Shown here: positions 49,103 through 59,600 of the stretch, piece after piece | Layout of the letters: each line of letters begins with the position of its first letter | Position numbering within the stretch: the stretch's first letter is position 1 | Assembly (NCBI GenBank): GCA_945861645.1 | Contig: CAMAVZ010000001.1 | Location: 64,001 to 128,000 of the forward strand | Length of the DNA stretch: 64,000 nucleotides | From: Opitutus sp. GAS368 | GTDB lineage: Bacteria > Verrucomicrobiota > Verrucomicrobiia > Opitutales > Opitutaceae | Reading direction: 5' to 3' | Made by a program: the position numbers and the translations under genes | Notes under the pieces: generated by a model | What the model saw: the letters and a program-made list of their open reading frames with translations, nothing else | Database searches by the model: none | Told to the model about the DNA's origin: nothing

Positions 49103-50551
49103 TTAGGCGAGCAAGCCGGGGAGAACATGGCCGTGCACGTCGGTGAGGCGGAATTGACGGCCTTGATACCGGTAAGTGAGTCGCTCGTGATTAATACCGA
49201 GCAGGTGCAGGATCGTTGCTTGCCAATCGTGAACGTGGACGGGGTCTTTAATGACATTATAGCTGAAATCATCCGTCTCACCGTAGGCGACGCCGGGTTT
49301 CACGCCGCCGCCAATCATCCAGGTGCTGTAGGCCGAACCGAGATGATCACGGCCGTGCCCATCTTTTTTGGTGACGTCGCCTTGGACAAAAACGGTGCGG
49401 CCGAATTCACCGGCGAAAATAACTAAGGTGTCTTCGAGCAGGCCGCGTTGCTTTAAATCTTGAATGAGCGCCGATGTGGGTTGGTCGGTATCGCGGCATT
49501 GAATCTCCAGTTGCGTGGAGAGGTTGCGGTGTTGATCCCAACCGCCATGCATCAGTTGAATAAAATGCACGCCGCGTTCGGCGAGGCGACAAGCCAGCAG
49601 ACAGTTGCGCGCGTAGCTGCCCGCGCGATTTACGTCGGGACCATAACTTGCGAGGGTCGCCGGCGACTCGGTCGTGAGATCCAGCAGGCCAGGCACGCTC
49701 GCTTGCATCTTGAAAGCCATTTCATACTGGGCGATGCGGGTATCCGTTTCCGGATCGCCATGTAAATCGAGCTGATGGTGATTCAGCCCAGCGATGTCAT
49801 CAAGCAGCGCTCGCTTCTGGGCGCGATCAAGTCCGGGGGCATCATTTAAGTAGAGGACCGGTTCCCCTTCGCTGCGCAGACGGACGCCTTGAAATTTAGA
49901 AGGAATAAATCCGCTGCCCCAGTAATGTTCATAGAAAAGTTGGCCGCAGGTTTTCTCGCGGTCGGAGGAGGTCATGACCACAAACGACGGCAAATCTTCG
50001 GCCAGTGAGCCTAGGCCGTAGGTGAGCCAAGAGCCCATACTCGGGCGGCCGGGAATTTGGGAACCCGTGAGACAGAAGGTGACGCCTGGGGCGTGATTGA
50101 CGGCTTCAGTCCGCATGGAGCGGATCAGGCAGAGCTCGTCGGCGTGGTTGCCAATATGCGGAATGAGCGAGCTCAGCCAGCGGCCGGATTGGCCGTACTG
50201 TTTGAAAGGTTTGAGCGCCGGGAGAATCGGGAATTTTTTTTGCGTCGACGTCATCGTCGAAAGGCGCGCCCCGCTGCGTACTGATTCTGGTAATTCCTGC
50301 AGGCGGAGGGCCTCTAATCCGGGTTTATAGTCAAAGAGGTCGACTTGGGAAGGACCGCCGCCTTGCCAGAGAAGAATCACGCGCTTCGCTTTCGCTGGAA
50401 AATGCGGCAAGCCGTTACCCGAAGCAGTTAAGGCGGCTAGGGTATTGGGGGTGAGCAGTGAGCTTAGGGCGGCTGCGCCAATGCCAGTGGCGGCGCGGCC
50501 AAAAAATTGCCGGCGCGTGAGTTGCAGGTGGGCTTCGCTAAGCGGGTTCAT
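49103..50551 (-). CDS. DUF1501 family protein (Tat-type leader)
   Basis: TRRQFF, AKAKRVI..Q.GGPSQVDLFDYK, GWDQH, GEFGRT, GRDH, RLTDVHG. Confidence 0.92.
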   Translation of the reverse strand: MNPLSEAHLQLTRRQFFGRAATGIGAAALSSLLTPNTLAALTASGNGLPHFPAKAKRVILLWQGGGPSQVDLFDYKPGLEALRLQELPESVRSGARLSTMTSTQKKFPILPALKPFKQYGQSGRWLSSLIPHIGNHADELCLIRSMRTEAVNHAPGVTFCLTGSQIPGRPSMGSWLTYGLGSLAEDLPSFVVMTSSDREKTCGQLFYEHYWGSGFIPSKFQGVRLRSEGEPVLYLNDAPGLDRAQKRALLDDIAGLNHHQLDLHGDPETDTRIAQYEMAFKMQASVPGLLDLTTESPATLASYGPDVNRAGSYARNCLLACRLAERGVHFIQLMHGGWDQHRNLSTQLEIQCRDTDQPTSALIQDLKQRGLLEDTLVIFAGEFGRTVFVQGDVTKKDGHGRDHLGSAYSTWMIGGGVKPGVAYGETDDFSYNVIKDPVHVHDWQATILHLLGINHERLTYRYQGRQFRLTDVHGHVLPGLLA

Positions 50552-53028
50552 GACTTCGTGAGGGTTTCGTCAAGATTGAGGAGTGCGAGGCAGACCGCCG
50601 TGTAGGCGGCGTGTTCGGCCAGCGCGAGAGTCGGGTCGCGGGGAATAGCACCGACGGTCAGAAATTTTTGAGCGGCGGAGGGATCTGCGGTGAAGCGGGA
50701 CAGTTGTTTAGCGAGGCTGGCGCGGAGGATTTTCCTTTCGGTCGTATCAGGGTTGCGAGCGAGCACGAGGCGAAAGGCGTGTTCGAGCCGACGATCGCGC
50801 GAGGGAGTTGCCTGCAAGGTCCGGGCCGCCAGCGCGCGCGCCGCTTCAATGAAGGTCGGGTCGTTGAGGGTGGTTAAAGCATGCAATGGGGTGCTCGTGA
50901 TCGCCGTGCGCACATTGCACGTATTGCGTGCGGAAGTATCAAACATGTTGGCCGGAGCGACGGTCCGGCGCCAGAAAGTGTAGAGACTGCGCCGATAAAG
51001 ATCATCGCCGGTGGACTGAGGATAAGTGAAGTCGCGCTCCTTCGTGATCGCGAGGGAGTCCCAAATATCGGCGGGCTGATACGGGTAGACGGGCTTGCCG
51101 CCCAATTTATCAACGAGGAGCCCGCTAGCAGCGAGCGCCTGATCGCGAATCATCATCGCGGGAAGGCGGAGTCGGGCCCCGCGGGCGTAAAGTCGGTTTT
51201 CTGGATCGCGTTCCAGCAAAGCCGGCGTGACGCGCGATGACTGCCGGTAAGTTGCGCTCGTCACGATGAGGCGGTGGAGATTTTTTGTATTCCAACCGCC
51301 TTCGCGAAATTCTGCAGCTAGCCAGTCGAGCAGAGCCCGATGGACGGGTGCGTCGCTCTGCACGCCAAAATCTTCGCTCGTTTTAACGAGGCCAAGGCCA
51401 AAGAAAGTTTGCCAGTAACGGTTGACGATGACGCGAGCGGTGAGCGGTTGTTCAGAACTGACGAGCCAGCGGGCGAGGCCGAGGCGATTGCGCGGAGCCT
51501 CGGCGGGGAGTGGCGGCAAGAAAGTAGGCGTGGCAAAAGAAACTTTTTCCAAGTGCGCTTCGTAGTTGCCGCGATCGAGGATGAAGGTGTCGCGGACTTG
51601 GTTGTCATCCATCACCATGACGCGCGGATACTCATCAGTTTTTAGGCGATTGAGTTCACTGAGGAGGTGATCGATCTCGGGGTTGAGGACGGGGAGAACT
51701 TGCTTAAAAAAGTAGCGGCGCAGATCGCCGGCCGGAAGTTCGAGCCGCTCCTTGGCGGGTAGGGCGGCGGTTGCGCGCAGCACGGGATCCGGAAATTTTT
51801 CATCGCCGGCGATTTTGGCTTCCCAGTCCGAACGAATTTTTGCGATGAGCTCACTCGATTTCATTGCGGCGAGCTTCGCTTCGAGCGCGGCGAGTTGGGC
51901 CTTGTGCTCGGGGGTCGCGAGATCGAGCACGGGGGCCGCGGTGCGGACTTTGGCCGTGGATCCATTGACGATGCCATTTTCCGAGACGTGATTAAAACCG
52001 GCGAGCAAGGAGTAATAATCGCGTTGAGTGACAGGGTCAAATTTGTGGTCGTGGCATTGAGCGCAAGCGACGGTGAGGCCCAGCCAATTGGTGGCGGTGG
52101 TATCGACGCGGTCGAAGAGAGTGACGTAACGCTGCTCCTCGGGGATGGCGCCGCCTTCGCCGTTGAGGAGATGGTTGCGATTAAACGCGGTCGCGATGCG
52201 TTGCTCGGTGGTAGGCGTGGGGAGGAGGTCGCCGGCGAGTTGTTCGATCGTAAATTGATCGAAGGGTTGATTCGTGTTGAGGGCCTGGACTACCCAGTCG
52301 CGCCAAATCCATTGGAAGGTATCGCCGTCTTGTTGATAGCCGTTGGAATCAGCATAGCGGGCGGCATCCAGCCAAGGCAGCGCCATGCGTTCGCCATAAT
52401 GCGGGGAGGCCAGCAGGCGATCGACTAGTCGCTCGTAGGCGTTGGGCGATTTATCGCCGAGAAAATCTTCGAGTTCGGTGGGCGTCGGCGGGAGACCCGT
52501 CAGATCGAGGAACACGCGCCGAATGAGGGTGGCGCGCGGTGCTTCGGGACTGGGGGTGATTTGTTCAATTTCGAGTCGAGCCAGCACGAAGCGATCGATC
52601 GGATTATGCACCCATTTTTCTCGGCGAACGGGTGGCGGGGTGGGGCGGGTAATGGCGGTAAAGGCCCAATGGGGAGTGTAGGGAGCGCCCTCGGCGACCC
52701 AGCGTTTCAGCAGGGCTTTCTGCGCGAGCGTGAGGGCGCGGTGGGAATTAGCGGGCGGCATCTGCTCGTCATCCAGCGTGGAAAAGATGCGCGTGATGAG
52801 GTCGCTGTCATCAGGTTGATGCGGAATAATTACCTCATGGCTCAGTTGGCCCTCGCGGGTGTCGAGGCGCAGTTTGGCTTTACGCTTGGTGGCATCCTGA
52901 CCGTGACAGTAAAAACAATTTTCGGCCAAAATAGGCCGAACATCTTGGGCATAGTCCACGGGTGGCGGGGTCGGGATCGCGAAAGCGGTTCCGAGGGTAG
53001 CCAAGTAGGGGAGGATTTTTTTCAACAT
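50548..53028 (-). CDS. Planctomycete cytochrome C + DUF1549/DUF1553 (PSD1) protein
   Basis: CFYCHG, WAF, NPIDRF, YGERMA..WLD.ARYAD, CAQCHDHKFDP, RRSLY. Confidence 0.92.
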   Translation of the reverse strand: MLKKILPYLATLGTAFAIPTPPPVDYAQDVRPILAENCFYCHGQDATKRKAKLRLDTREGQLSHEVIIPHQPDDSDLITRIFSTLDDEQMPPANSHRALTLAQKALLKRWVAEGAPYTPHWAFTAITRPTPPPVRREKWVHNPIDRFVLARLEIEQITPSPEAPRATLIRRVFLDLTGLPPTPTELEDFLGDKSPNAYERLVDRLLASPHYGERMALPWLDAARYADSNGYQQDGDTFQWIWRDWVVQALNTNQPFDQFTIEQLAGDLLPTPTTEQRIATAFNRNHLLNGEGGAIPEEQRYVTLFDRVDTTATNWLGLTVACAQCHDHKFDPVTQRDYYSLLAGFNHVSENGIVNGSTAKVRTAAPVLDLATPEHKAQLAALEAKLAAMKSSELIAKIRSDWEAKIAGDEKFPDPVLRATAALPAKERLELPAGDLRRYFFKQVLPVLNPEIDHLLSELNRLKTDEYPRVMVMDDNQVRDTFILDRGNYEAHLEKVSFATPTFLPPLPAEAPRNRLGLARWLVSSEQPLTARVIVNRYWQTFFGLGLVKTSEDFGVQSDAPVHRALLDWLAAEFREGGWNTKNLHRLIVTSATYRQSSRVTPALLERDPENRLYARGARLRLPAMMIRDQALAASGLLVDKLGGKPVYPYQPADIWDSLAITKERDFTYPQSTGDDLYRRSLYTFWRRTVAPANMFDTSARNTCNVRTAITSTPLHALTTLNDPTFIEAARALAARTLQATPSRDRRLEHAFRLVLARNPDTTERKILRASLAKQLSRFTADPSAAQKFLTVGAIPRDPTLALAEHAAYTAVCLALLNLDETLTKS

Positions 53029-53405
53029 GCTTAGCATGACGCCGCGCATCGGGCGCAAAAGTATTAGCGGTGGGCGAAAGGAGTACGAATCAGATTCAAC
53101 GACGGATGATCAACGAAAACAATTATCAAAAAATAAGCAGGGCGTTGAATCAGCAGGCAAGGGGTAAAGCGGTGATGTCGCTCCTCGCTGGCGGTTTATT
53201 TATGAATGAAAAATCATTTGGCCAGTTAATCGCGGCTCGACTGCATTAGACCTCAACCCCCAATAGAAACTCGGAGGAGGCGGAGCACTAAGCGCGGGAA
53301 TCAGGTGGGCTCGCGCCAGCATACCATCGCCGGCTAATTTAAACTGCGTTCATTTATTGACGTAGGTTTTAGTTAGATATCACAGTGCTACGGTTAGTTT
53401 ACCCC

Positions 53406-54119
53406 ATGACCCCGATCGTCCAAATATCGTTAGATCTCACTAACCTCGAAGAAGCCCTCGCTACCGCGACTACGGCACGGCGGGCGGGAGTTGATTGGTT
53501 AGAGGCAGGAACGCCGCTCATTTTAGCCGAGGGATTGCATGGCGTTCGGGCCTTGCGCGAGCGCTTCCCTGGGGTGCCGATTATTGCTGATCTAAAAACC
53601 ATGGACGGCGGCTACCTTGAAGCTGAAATGATGGCCAAGGCCGGCGCGACTCATGTGGTCGTGATGGCGCAAGCGCATCCTGAAACCATAAAAATTGTGG
53701 TAAAGGCTGGTCGTGATTACGGCATCAAAGTCATGGGGGACAATTTGGGTTGTCCCGATATGGTGGCGGGAGCGCGAGAGCTAGAAGATCTCGGCTGTGA
53801 TTACGTCATTCATCACATTGGCTATGATGAACGCCGTGGCATCGTCGCGGCTGGCGGGAAAATGCCGAGTCCGCTCGATCAGTTGCGGGCAGTGGTCGCC
53901 GCCGTGAGTGTGCCCGTGCAGGCGGTTGGGGGGCTGACGTTGGAGCAAGCCGTGCGCACTCCTTCATATGGTGCACCGCTCGTGGTCATCGGGGCGCCGC
54001 TGGCGGTTGATGCCGATGCTTTTCGCACCGCCGATGGTAATTTAGAGGGCACCCTAAAAATTATTTGCGACCGCGTGCATGCGTATGGCGATATACCGAT
54101 CATTAATAAAAAGAAATGA
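53406..54119 (+). CDS. HPS/KGPDC (OMP decarboxylase superfamily) protein
   Basis: QISLD, EAGTPLI, ADLKTMDGG, H.GYD, AVGG. Confidence 0.85.
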   Translation: MTPIVQISLDLTNLEEALATATTARRAGVDWLEAGTPLILAEGLHGVRALRERFPGVPIIADLKTMDGGYLEAEMMAKAGATHVVVMAQAHPETIKIVVKAGRDYGIKVMGDNLGCPDMVAGARELEDLGCDYVIHHIGYDERRGIVAAGGKMPSPLDQLRAVVAAVSVPVQAVGGLTLEQAVRTPSYGAPLVVIGAPLAVDADAFRTADGNLEGTLKIICDRVHAYGDIPIINKKK

Positions 54120-55153
54120 ACATGAAAAGCCTGGCCGTAGTTAATTATTCATCGACGCCGCACAGCGTTGAGCTGCGCGAATTTTCAAAACCAGAACCGG
54201 GTCCAGAGGATATTATCATGGCCGTTGAGGCCGTGGGGGTTTGTGGCAGTGATCTGCACCAATGGACCGGTTCGCATAGCTGGAAGGTTAATTATCCGGT
54301 GGTGCTCGGGCATGAGTTCGGGGGGCAAATTGCTGCCGTCGGCTCCGCCTTGAAAGGATGGCAAGAGGGCGACCGCGTGGTCAGCGAAACGGCGGCGGTC
54401 ATTGACGCTAACAATCCGCTGAGTCGCGCCGGTAAGTATAATTTAGATCCCACCAGAAAAGGATTTGGCTACGGCGTAGATGGGGCGATGACCCGTTACG
54501 TGCGCGTGCCGGCTCGTTGCTTGCACCGGGTGCCGGCGGGGTTGGCCATCGAGCACGCGGCGCTCACAGAGCCGTGTTGTGTCGCTTATAATGCGGTGCT
54601 GCATAATGCACGCATCCTGCCCGGTGATCGGGTCATTGTTTTGGGGCCCGGTCCGATTGGGATTTTATGTGCGGCGATGGCGCGGCTCGCTGGAGCGGAA
54701 GTAGCCTTGGTGGGGTTGGAGCGCGATCGTCACCGGCTCGATATTGCGAAGGCCTATGGTTGCACCACTTTGATGGGCAACGAAGAGGCCGTGGCTTGGG
54801 CCTTGGCGCGCGATGGTCTCGGGGTGGACGGCGTGGTTGATGCCGCCGGCGCCTCGGCCGCTTTAAAATTAGCGCTCGATCTCGTGCGGCCGGCGGGGTG
54901 GATCAGTAAAGTGGGTTGGGGCCCGCAGCCTTTGGGCTTTTCGCTCGATCCCCTCGTGCAAAAAAATATCACCCTCCAAGGTAGCTTCAGTCATAATTGG
55001 CCGATGTGGGAGCGGGTACTCGCTTTGCTGGCTTCCGGCCAACTCGATGTGCGCCCAATTTTAGGTGGCATCTGGCCGTTGACTGGTTGGCACGAGGCTT
55101 TTGAAAAAATGCATACGGGCGCGATTGTGAAAGCGGTGCTCAAACCGAGCTAA
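54116..55153 (+). CDS. Zn-dependent (MDR) sugar-alcohol dehydrogenase
   Basis: GVCGSD, GHE, EP, GPGPIG. Confidence 0.9.
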   Translation: MNMKSLAVVNYSSTPHSVELREFSKPEPGPEDIIMAVEAVGVCGSDLHQWTGSHSWKVNYPVVLGHEFGGQIAAVGSALKGWQEGDRVVSETAAVIDANNPLSRAGKYNLDPTRKGFGYGVDGAMTRYVRVPARCLHRVPAGLAIEHAALTEPCCVAYNAVLHNARILPGDRVIVLGPGPIGILCAAMARLAGAEVALVGLERDRHRLDIAKAYGCTTLMGNEEAVAWALARDGLGVDGVVDAAGASAALKLALDLVRPAGWISKVGWGPQPLGFSLDPLVQKNITLQGSFSHNWPMWERVLALLASGQLDVRPILGGIWPLTGWHEAFEKMHTGAIVKAVLKPS

Positions 55154-55165
55154 CCCTAGGCTATC

Positions 55166-55936
55166 GTGCGCTTAAAAGATAAAGTCATTATTGTTACGGG
55201 GAGCACATCGGGCATCGGCCAAGCGATTGTCGAGCGAGCGGTGGCCGAAGGGGCGCGGGTGCTCATTCATGGGATCGATCAAGCTGCGGGAGAAAAACTC
55301 GCCCTCACTTTAGGAAGTGCCGCAAAATTTCACTGGGCTGATCTGCTGGATCCGGCGAGTCCGGCCCGAATTATTGCGGCGGCCGTGCAAGCCTTTGGTC
55401 GGATTGATGCGTTGGTTAATAATGCAGCTATCGTGGTACGGAGCACGCTGGCGACCGCGACCCTGCCCGCTTTTGAACGGACGATCGCGATCAATTTAAG
55501 GGCGCCCTATTTTCTCATTCAGGCGGCTTTCCCGTACCTCAAGGCGACTGAGGGGTGCGTGTTGAATATCGGCTCGATTAACGCGCATAGCGGAGAGTCG
55601 ACGCTATTGGATTACAGTGTTTCCAAGGGTGGGTTGCAGACTTTATCCCGCAATCTGGCCAACGCTCACGGCGTCGATCGGGTGCGGGTGAATCATCTAA
55701 ACGTGGGCTGGGTTTTAACCGCGCGAGAATATGCGGATCAGCAGCGTTATGGCTTACCGGCCGATTGGCCCGAGACGCTACCGGCAGTTTTTGCGCCGTC
55801 GGGTCGTTTGCTGTTGCCGGCAGATATTGCGGCGGCCGCGATTTACTGGCTGGGGGACGAATCACGCCCTGTGACGGGTTCTGTGGTCGAGCTGGAGCAA
55901 TTTTCCGTAATCGGTCGCAACGCCGTTAAGGTATAA
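55166..55936 (+). CDS. SDR family oxidoreductase
   Basis: TGSTSGIG, NNAA, YSVSK. Confidence 0.92.
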   Translation: MRLKDKVIIVTGSTSGIGQAIVERAVAEGARVLIHGIDQAAGEKLALTLGSAAKFHWADLLDPASPARIIAAAVQAFGRIDALVNNAAIVVRSTLATATLPAFERTIAINLRAPYFLIQAAFPYLKATEGCVLNIGSINAHSGESTLLDYSVSKGGLQTLSRNLANAHGVDRVRVNHLNVGWVLTAREYADQQRYGLPADWPETLPAVFAPSGRLLLPADIAAAAIYWLGDESRPVTGSVVELEQFSVIGRNAVKV

Positions 55937-55940
55937 ATTT

Positions 55941-56840
55941 ATGCCCAAACTCGCCGCCTTCCCCAAGGCGTTCATGCAGCCTTTATGCCGCGAAGGCACC
56001 ATGACGCTCCAAGCTTGGATCGATTTAGCCGCCCCGCTGGGGTTGGATGGACTCGAATACTACAGTGGCTTTCTGGAATTAGCCGATCCCGCGCAGTGGC
56101 CGGCCGCCCGACGCGCCGTCGAGGCGAGTGGACTCGTGATTCCGATGCTGTGTTGTTCGCCTGATTTTTCCCATCCCGACCTCGCTTTCCGCCAAGCGGA
56201 AATTGCCAAAGAAAAAAATTGGATCCGCATGGCGGCTACGCTGGGAGCCAAATTTTGCCGAGTGCTTTCGGGGCAGCGGCGGCCGGAATTAACTCGGGAG
56301 CGCGGCTTGGAACTGGTGGCGCAGAGCATTGAAGCCTGCTTGCCGGAGGCCGAGGCCTGTGGGGTAACCTTGGTGATCGAAAATCATTATAAGGATGATT
56401 TTTGGACTTACCCCGAGTTTGCGCAAAAAATGGATGTCTTCTGTGAGCTCGTAGATAAAATTCACCATCCGTGCTTTGGGGTTAATTATGATCCGAGCAA
56501 TGCCTTCTTGGCGGGTGATGATCCCCTCGAGTTGCTGCGTCGCGTTAAGCACCGCGTGCTTACGATGCACGCGAGTGATCGATTCTTAATCGAAGGGACG
56601 CTGGCTGATTTGCAGAAAGAGGAAGCGGGGGTGGCGGGCTATGCGCGCCGCTTGCGCCACGGCACGATTGGTAAAGGTCTCAATGATTATGATACTATTT
56701 TTCGTGAATTAAAGCGCGTTGGTTTTGATAGCTGGATTAGCATCGAAGATGGCGTCGATGGCATGGACCAACTCGTTGAGAGTATAAAATTTATCCGACA
56801 AAAAATGGCCCAAACCTGGCCCGAGCCGCGCGAGGGTTAA
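55941..56840 (+). CDS. Sugar phosphate isomerase/epimerase (xylose-isomerase-like TIM barrel)
   Basis: IENH, YDPSN, MHASD, G.IG.G..DY, SIE. Confidence 0.88.
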   Translation: MPKLAAFPKAFMQPLCREGTMTLQAWIDLAAPLGLDGLEYYSGFLELADPAQWPAARRAVEASGLVIPMLCCSPDFSHPDLAFRQAEIAKEKNWIRMAATLGAKFCRVLSGQRRPELTRERGLELVAQSIEACLPEAEACGVTLVIENHYKDDFWTYPEFAQKMDVFCELVDKIHHPCFGVNYDPSNAFLAGDDPLELLRRVKHRVLTMHASDRFLIEGTLADLQKEEAGVAGYARRLRHGTIGKGLNDYDTIFRELKRVGFDSWISIEDGVDGMDQLVESIKFIRQKMAQTWPEPREG

Positions 56841-56889
56841 TTAACTTCGCCGGCGGTGCTCTGGTTTGAGTCCAAACGGTGCGCCCTGC

Positions 56890-58230
56890 TCAGCGCACCA
56901 AGCACGGCCGTTTGGGATCAAATTTCCACCCCGGCAACAGGTATTGCATGGCGATCGTGTCGTCGCGCGCTCCGCCGCCGATCCGGCGATAAAGCTCATG
57001 GGCTTGCGCTAATTGCGCGAAATCAATTTCGAGCCCTAGTCCGGGGCGAGTAGGGACGGTGATTTTGCCCTGGTGAATGACGAGGGGCTCACGCGTGAGT
57101 CGTTGGCCATCTTGCCAAATCCAGTGGGTGTCGATGGCGGTGACACGTCCTGGGGCCGCGGCGGCGACGTGCGTGAACATCGCGAGGGAGATATCAAAAT
57201 GATTATTGGAATGAGAGCCCCAGGTGAGCCCGCGTTCCTGACAAAGCTGCGCGACGCGAACGGAGCCTTGCATGGTCCAAAAATGCGGATCGGCGAGCGG
57301 AATATCGATCGCCTGCAAGGCCAGCGCTTCAGCCAACTCTCGCCAGTCGGTCGCGATCATATTGGTCGCGGTTGGCAGACCGGTCGCCCGCCGAAACTCG
57401 GCCATACTTTCGCAGCCGGTTAATCCCGGTTCTGCCCCGCAGGGATCCTCCGCATAGGCGAGGATCCGCTGTTGACCGGTGCAAAGACGCACCGCCTCCT
57501 CGAGCGACCAAGCGCCATTGGGATCGAGCGTAATCCGCGCTTGCGGGAAGCGCTCGGCTAAAGCGGTGACCGCTTCGATTTCCTCCGCGCCGTGGCGGAC
57601 CCCGCCTTTTAGTTTAAAATCGTTAAACCCATAGCGGGCTTGGGCCGCTTCAGCTAAGCGCACAATGTCGGCCGAACTAAGGGCGGCTTCATGCCGTCGC
57701 CGGCCCCAGTCATCGGGCGCGCTGGGCTCACTCGGATAAGCGAGGTCAGTTTTTCCGCGATCACCAATGTAGAAAAGATACCCGAGTACCTCAATCGACT
57801 GGCGCTGCTGGCCGGCGCCAAGCAAGGCGGCCACGGGCAACTGACAAAATTGTCCGTAGAGATCCAGCATCGCCGCTTCGATCGCCGTCATCGCATGAAT
57901 TGTCGTACGCTGATCAAAAGTTTGCAGACCCCGCCCGCCCGCATCGCGATCACCAAAACGCCGGCGCACGGTCTCAATGACTGCCGCACTTGCACTGATC
58001 GGCTGGCCGATGACCAGTTCGCTGGCCTCCTCGAGGGTTTGGCGAATTTTTTCTCCGCCGGGCACTTCGCCGGCCCCAGTGCCGCCGGCGCTATCAGTCA
58101 GGATTAAAATGTTGCGGGTAAAATAAGGCCCGTGCGCGCCACTTAAATTGAGCAACATGCTGTCATGTCCCGCGACTGGCACCACCCGCATCGTGGTTAT
58201 TTTTGGGGCAGTGCGGTCGTCCGAAATCAT
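56890..58230 (-). CDS. gudD: Glucarate dehydratase (enolase superfamily)
   Basis: [55 protein letters not shown]. Confidence 0.92.
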   Translation of the reverse strand: MISDDRTAPKITTMRVVPVAGHDSMLLNLSGAHGPYFTRNILILTDSAGGTGAGEVPGGEKIRQTLEEASELVIGQPISASAAVIETVRRRFGDRDAGGRGLQTFDQRTTIHAMTAIEAAMLDLYGQFCQLPVAALLGAGQQRQSIEVLGYLFYIGDRGKTDLAYPSEPSAPDDWGRRRHEAALSSADIVRLAEAAQARYGFNDFKLKGGVRHGAEEIEAVTALAERFPQARITLDPNGAWSLEEAVRLCTGQQRILAYAEDPCGAEPGLTGCESMAEFRRATGLPTATNMIATDWRELAEALALQAIDIPLADPHFWTMQGSVRVAQLCQERGLTWGSHSNNHFDISLAMFTHVAAAAPGRVTAIDTHWIWQDGQRLTREPLVIHQGKITVPTRPGLGLEIDFAQLAQAHELYRRIGGGARDDTIAMQYLLPGWKFDPKRPCLVR

Positions 58231-58262
58231 GATGCAAGCAAGCGGCTGGAGTGCGCGCTGAC

Positions 58263-59600
58263 TTAGAGCGACTTAAGCTCGAGGCGCTTGATCTCTCCCA
58301 CAATAAAGAGGTAGCTCACGACTGCGAGGGCGGCGTGGGCGCTAACGTAGACCAGCGCCCAATTGAAGGAGCCCGTGGCTTTCAAGATATAACCAATCGC
58401 AATTGGGGTGATAATTCCCGCGGTATTCCCGAAGGTATTAAATAAACCGCCGCACAAGCCCGTGACCGACTTCGGCGAGGTGTCGGCAATTACCGCCCAG
58501 CCGAGTGAGCCCAAGCCCTTGCCGAAAAAGGCCAAGCTCATGAGTGCGATGACGGCCCACGAGGTGCTCACATAATTACAGGCCACCATGCTGACGGACA
58601 GCAATAGTCCCGCCACAATGGGGAGCTTTCGAGCCAGCGTGAGTGGATGGCCGCGGCGAATTAGCCAATCCGAGAACCAGCCCCCGAGAATGCCGCCACC
58701 AAAGCCGCACAGGGCAGGCAGCGTGGCGACAAAACCTGCTTGTAGAATGGATAAGCCCCGCTCCTTCACGAGATAGATGGGGAACCAAGTGAGGAAAAAC
58801 CAGGTGATGGTGGTGATGCAATATTGGCTGAGATAAATGCCCAACAGCATGCGATTGCGCAGTAATTCACCCAGCACCGCCCAGCGAATGCCACTCTGTT
58901 TGGTTGGTTTAGCCGCCGATTCGAGGTCGATGAGTCCGCCGCCGCGTTCGATGTAGGTGAGCTCTGCTTGATTCACGCGGGGATGTTCGCGCGGTGGGTA
59001 AACCAATTTGGGCCAAGCCAGCGCGAATATTATGCCGATGCTACCCATGAACCAAAAAACATATTCCCAACCCCAGCGATGGGCGATCCAGCCCATGATG
59101 GGAGTAAATAGCACGGTCGCAAAATATTGAGCTGAATTAAAAATAGCCGAAGCTTGGCCGCGCTCCGCCGTGGGAAACCAGCTGGCCACGATTCGCGCAT
59201 TCGCCGGAAAGGAGGGGGCTTCGGCGGCGCCCAGTAAAAAACGCAGACCAAACAAAACCATCACCGCCACTTTGCCATCAAGCCCACCGACGCAGCCCTG
59301 CAGCAAAGTGAACAAGGACCACAGCCCAATGCTCCAACCATAGACTTTCCTTGAACCGACTCGATCGAGGAGCCAACCGCCCGGAATTTGCGCGATGACA
59401 TAGGACCAGGCAAAAGCTGAAAAAAGATAGCCCATCGCGACCGCATCGAGTCCGAGTTGCTTCGATACCGCCGTTCCCACGATCGAGAGCGTCGCGCGAT
59501 CAGCGTAGTTGATTGAGGTCAGTAAAAACAGAATCAACACGATCTCATACCGCACTCGGGTGCGTGGGGCGGCGGCGGCGGAATCAAGTGGCAGGCTCAT
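58263..59600 (-). CDS. gudP: MFS D-glucarate/galactarate transporter (ACS family)
   Basis: [45 protein letters not shown]. Confidence 0.88.
   Translation of the reverse strand: MSLPLDSAAAAPRTRVRYEIVLILFLLTSINYADRATLSIVGTAVSKQLGLDAVAMGYLFSAFAWSYVIAQIPGGWLLDRVGSRKVYGWSIGLWSLFTLLQGCVGGLDGKVAVMVLFGLRFLLGAAEAPSFPANARIVASWFPTAERGQASAIFNSAQYFATVLFTPIMGWIAHRWGWEYVFWFMGSIGIIFALAWPKLVYPPREHPRVNQAELTYIERGGGLIDLESAAKPTKQSGIRWAVLGELLRNRMLLGIYLSQYCITTITWFFLTWFPIYLVKERGLSILQAGFVATLPALCGFGGGILGGWFSDWLIRRGHPLTLARKLPIVAGLLLSVSMVACNYVSTSWAVIALMSLAFFGKGLGSLGWAVIADTSPKSVTGLCGGLFNTFGNTAGIITPIAIGYILKATGSFNWALVYVSAHAALAVVSYLFIVGEIKRLELKSL

Noticed and set aside
53203-53220. Fur-box-like AATGA-AAAA-TCATT
   Set aside because: Spacing is one base off the Fur consensus and the flanking genes are not iron-uptake genes.
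53406-54119. Methylotrophy (RuMP) from the HPS-like gene
   Set aside because: No hexulose-phosphate isomerase or C1 genes; the neighbours are sugar oxidoreductases.
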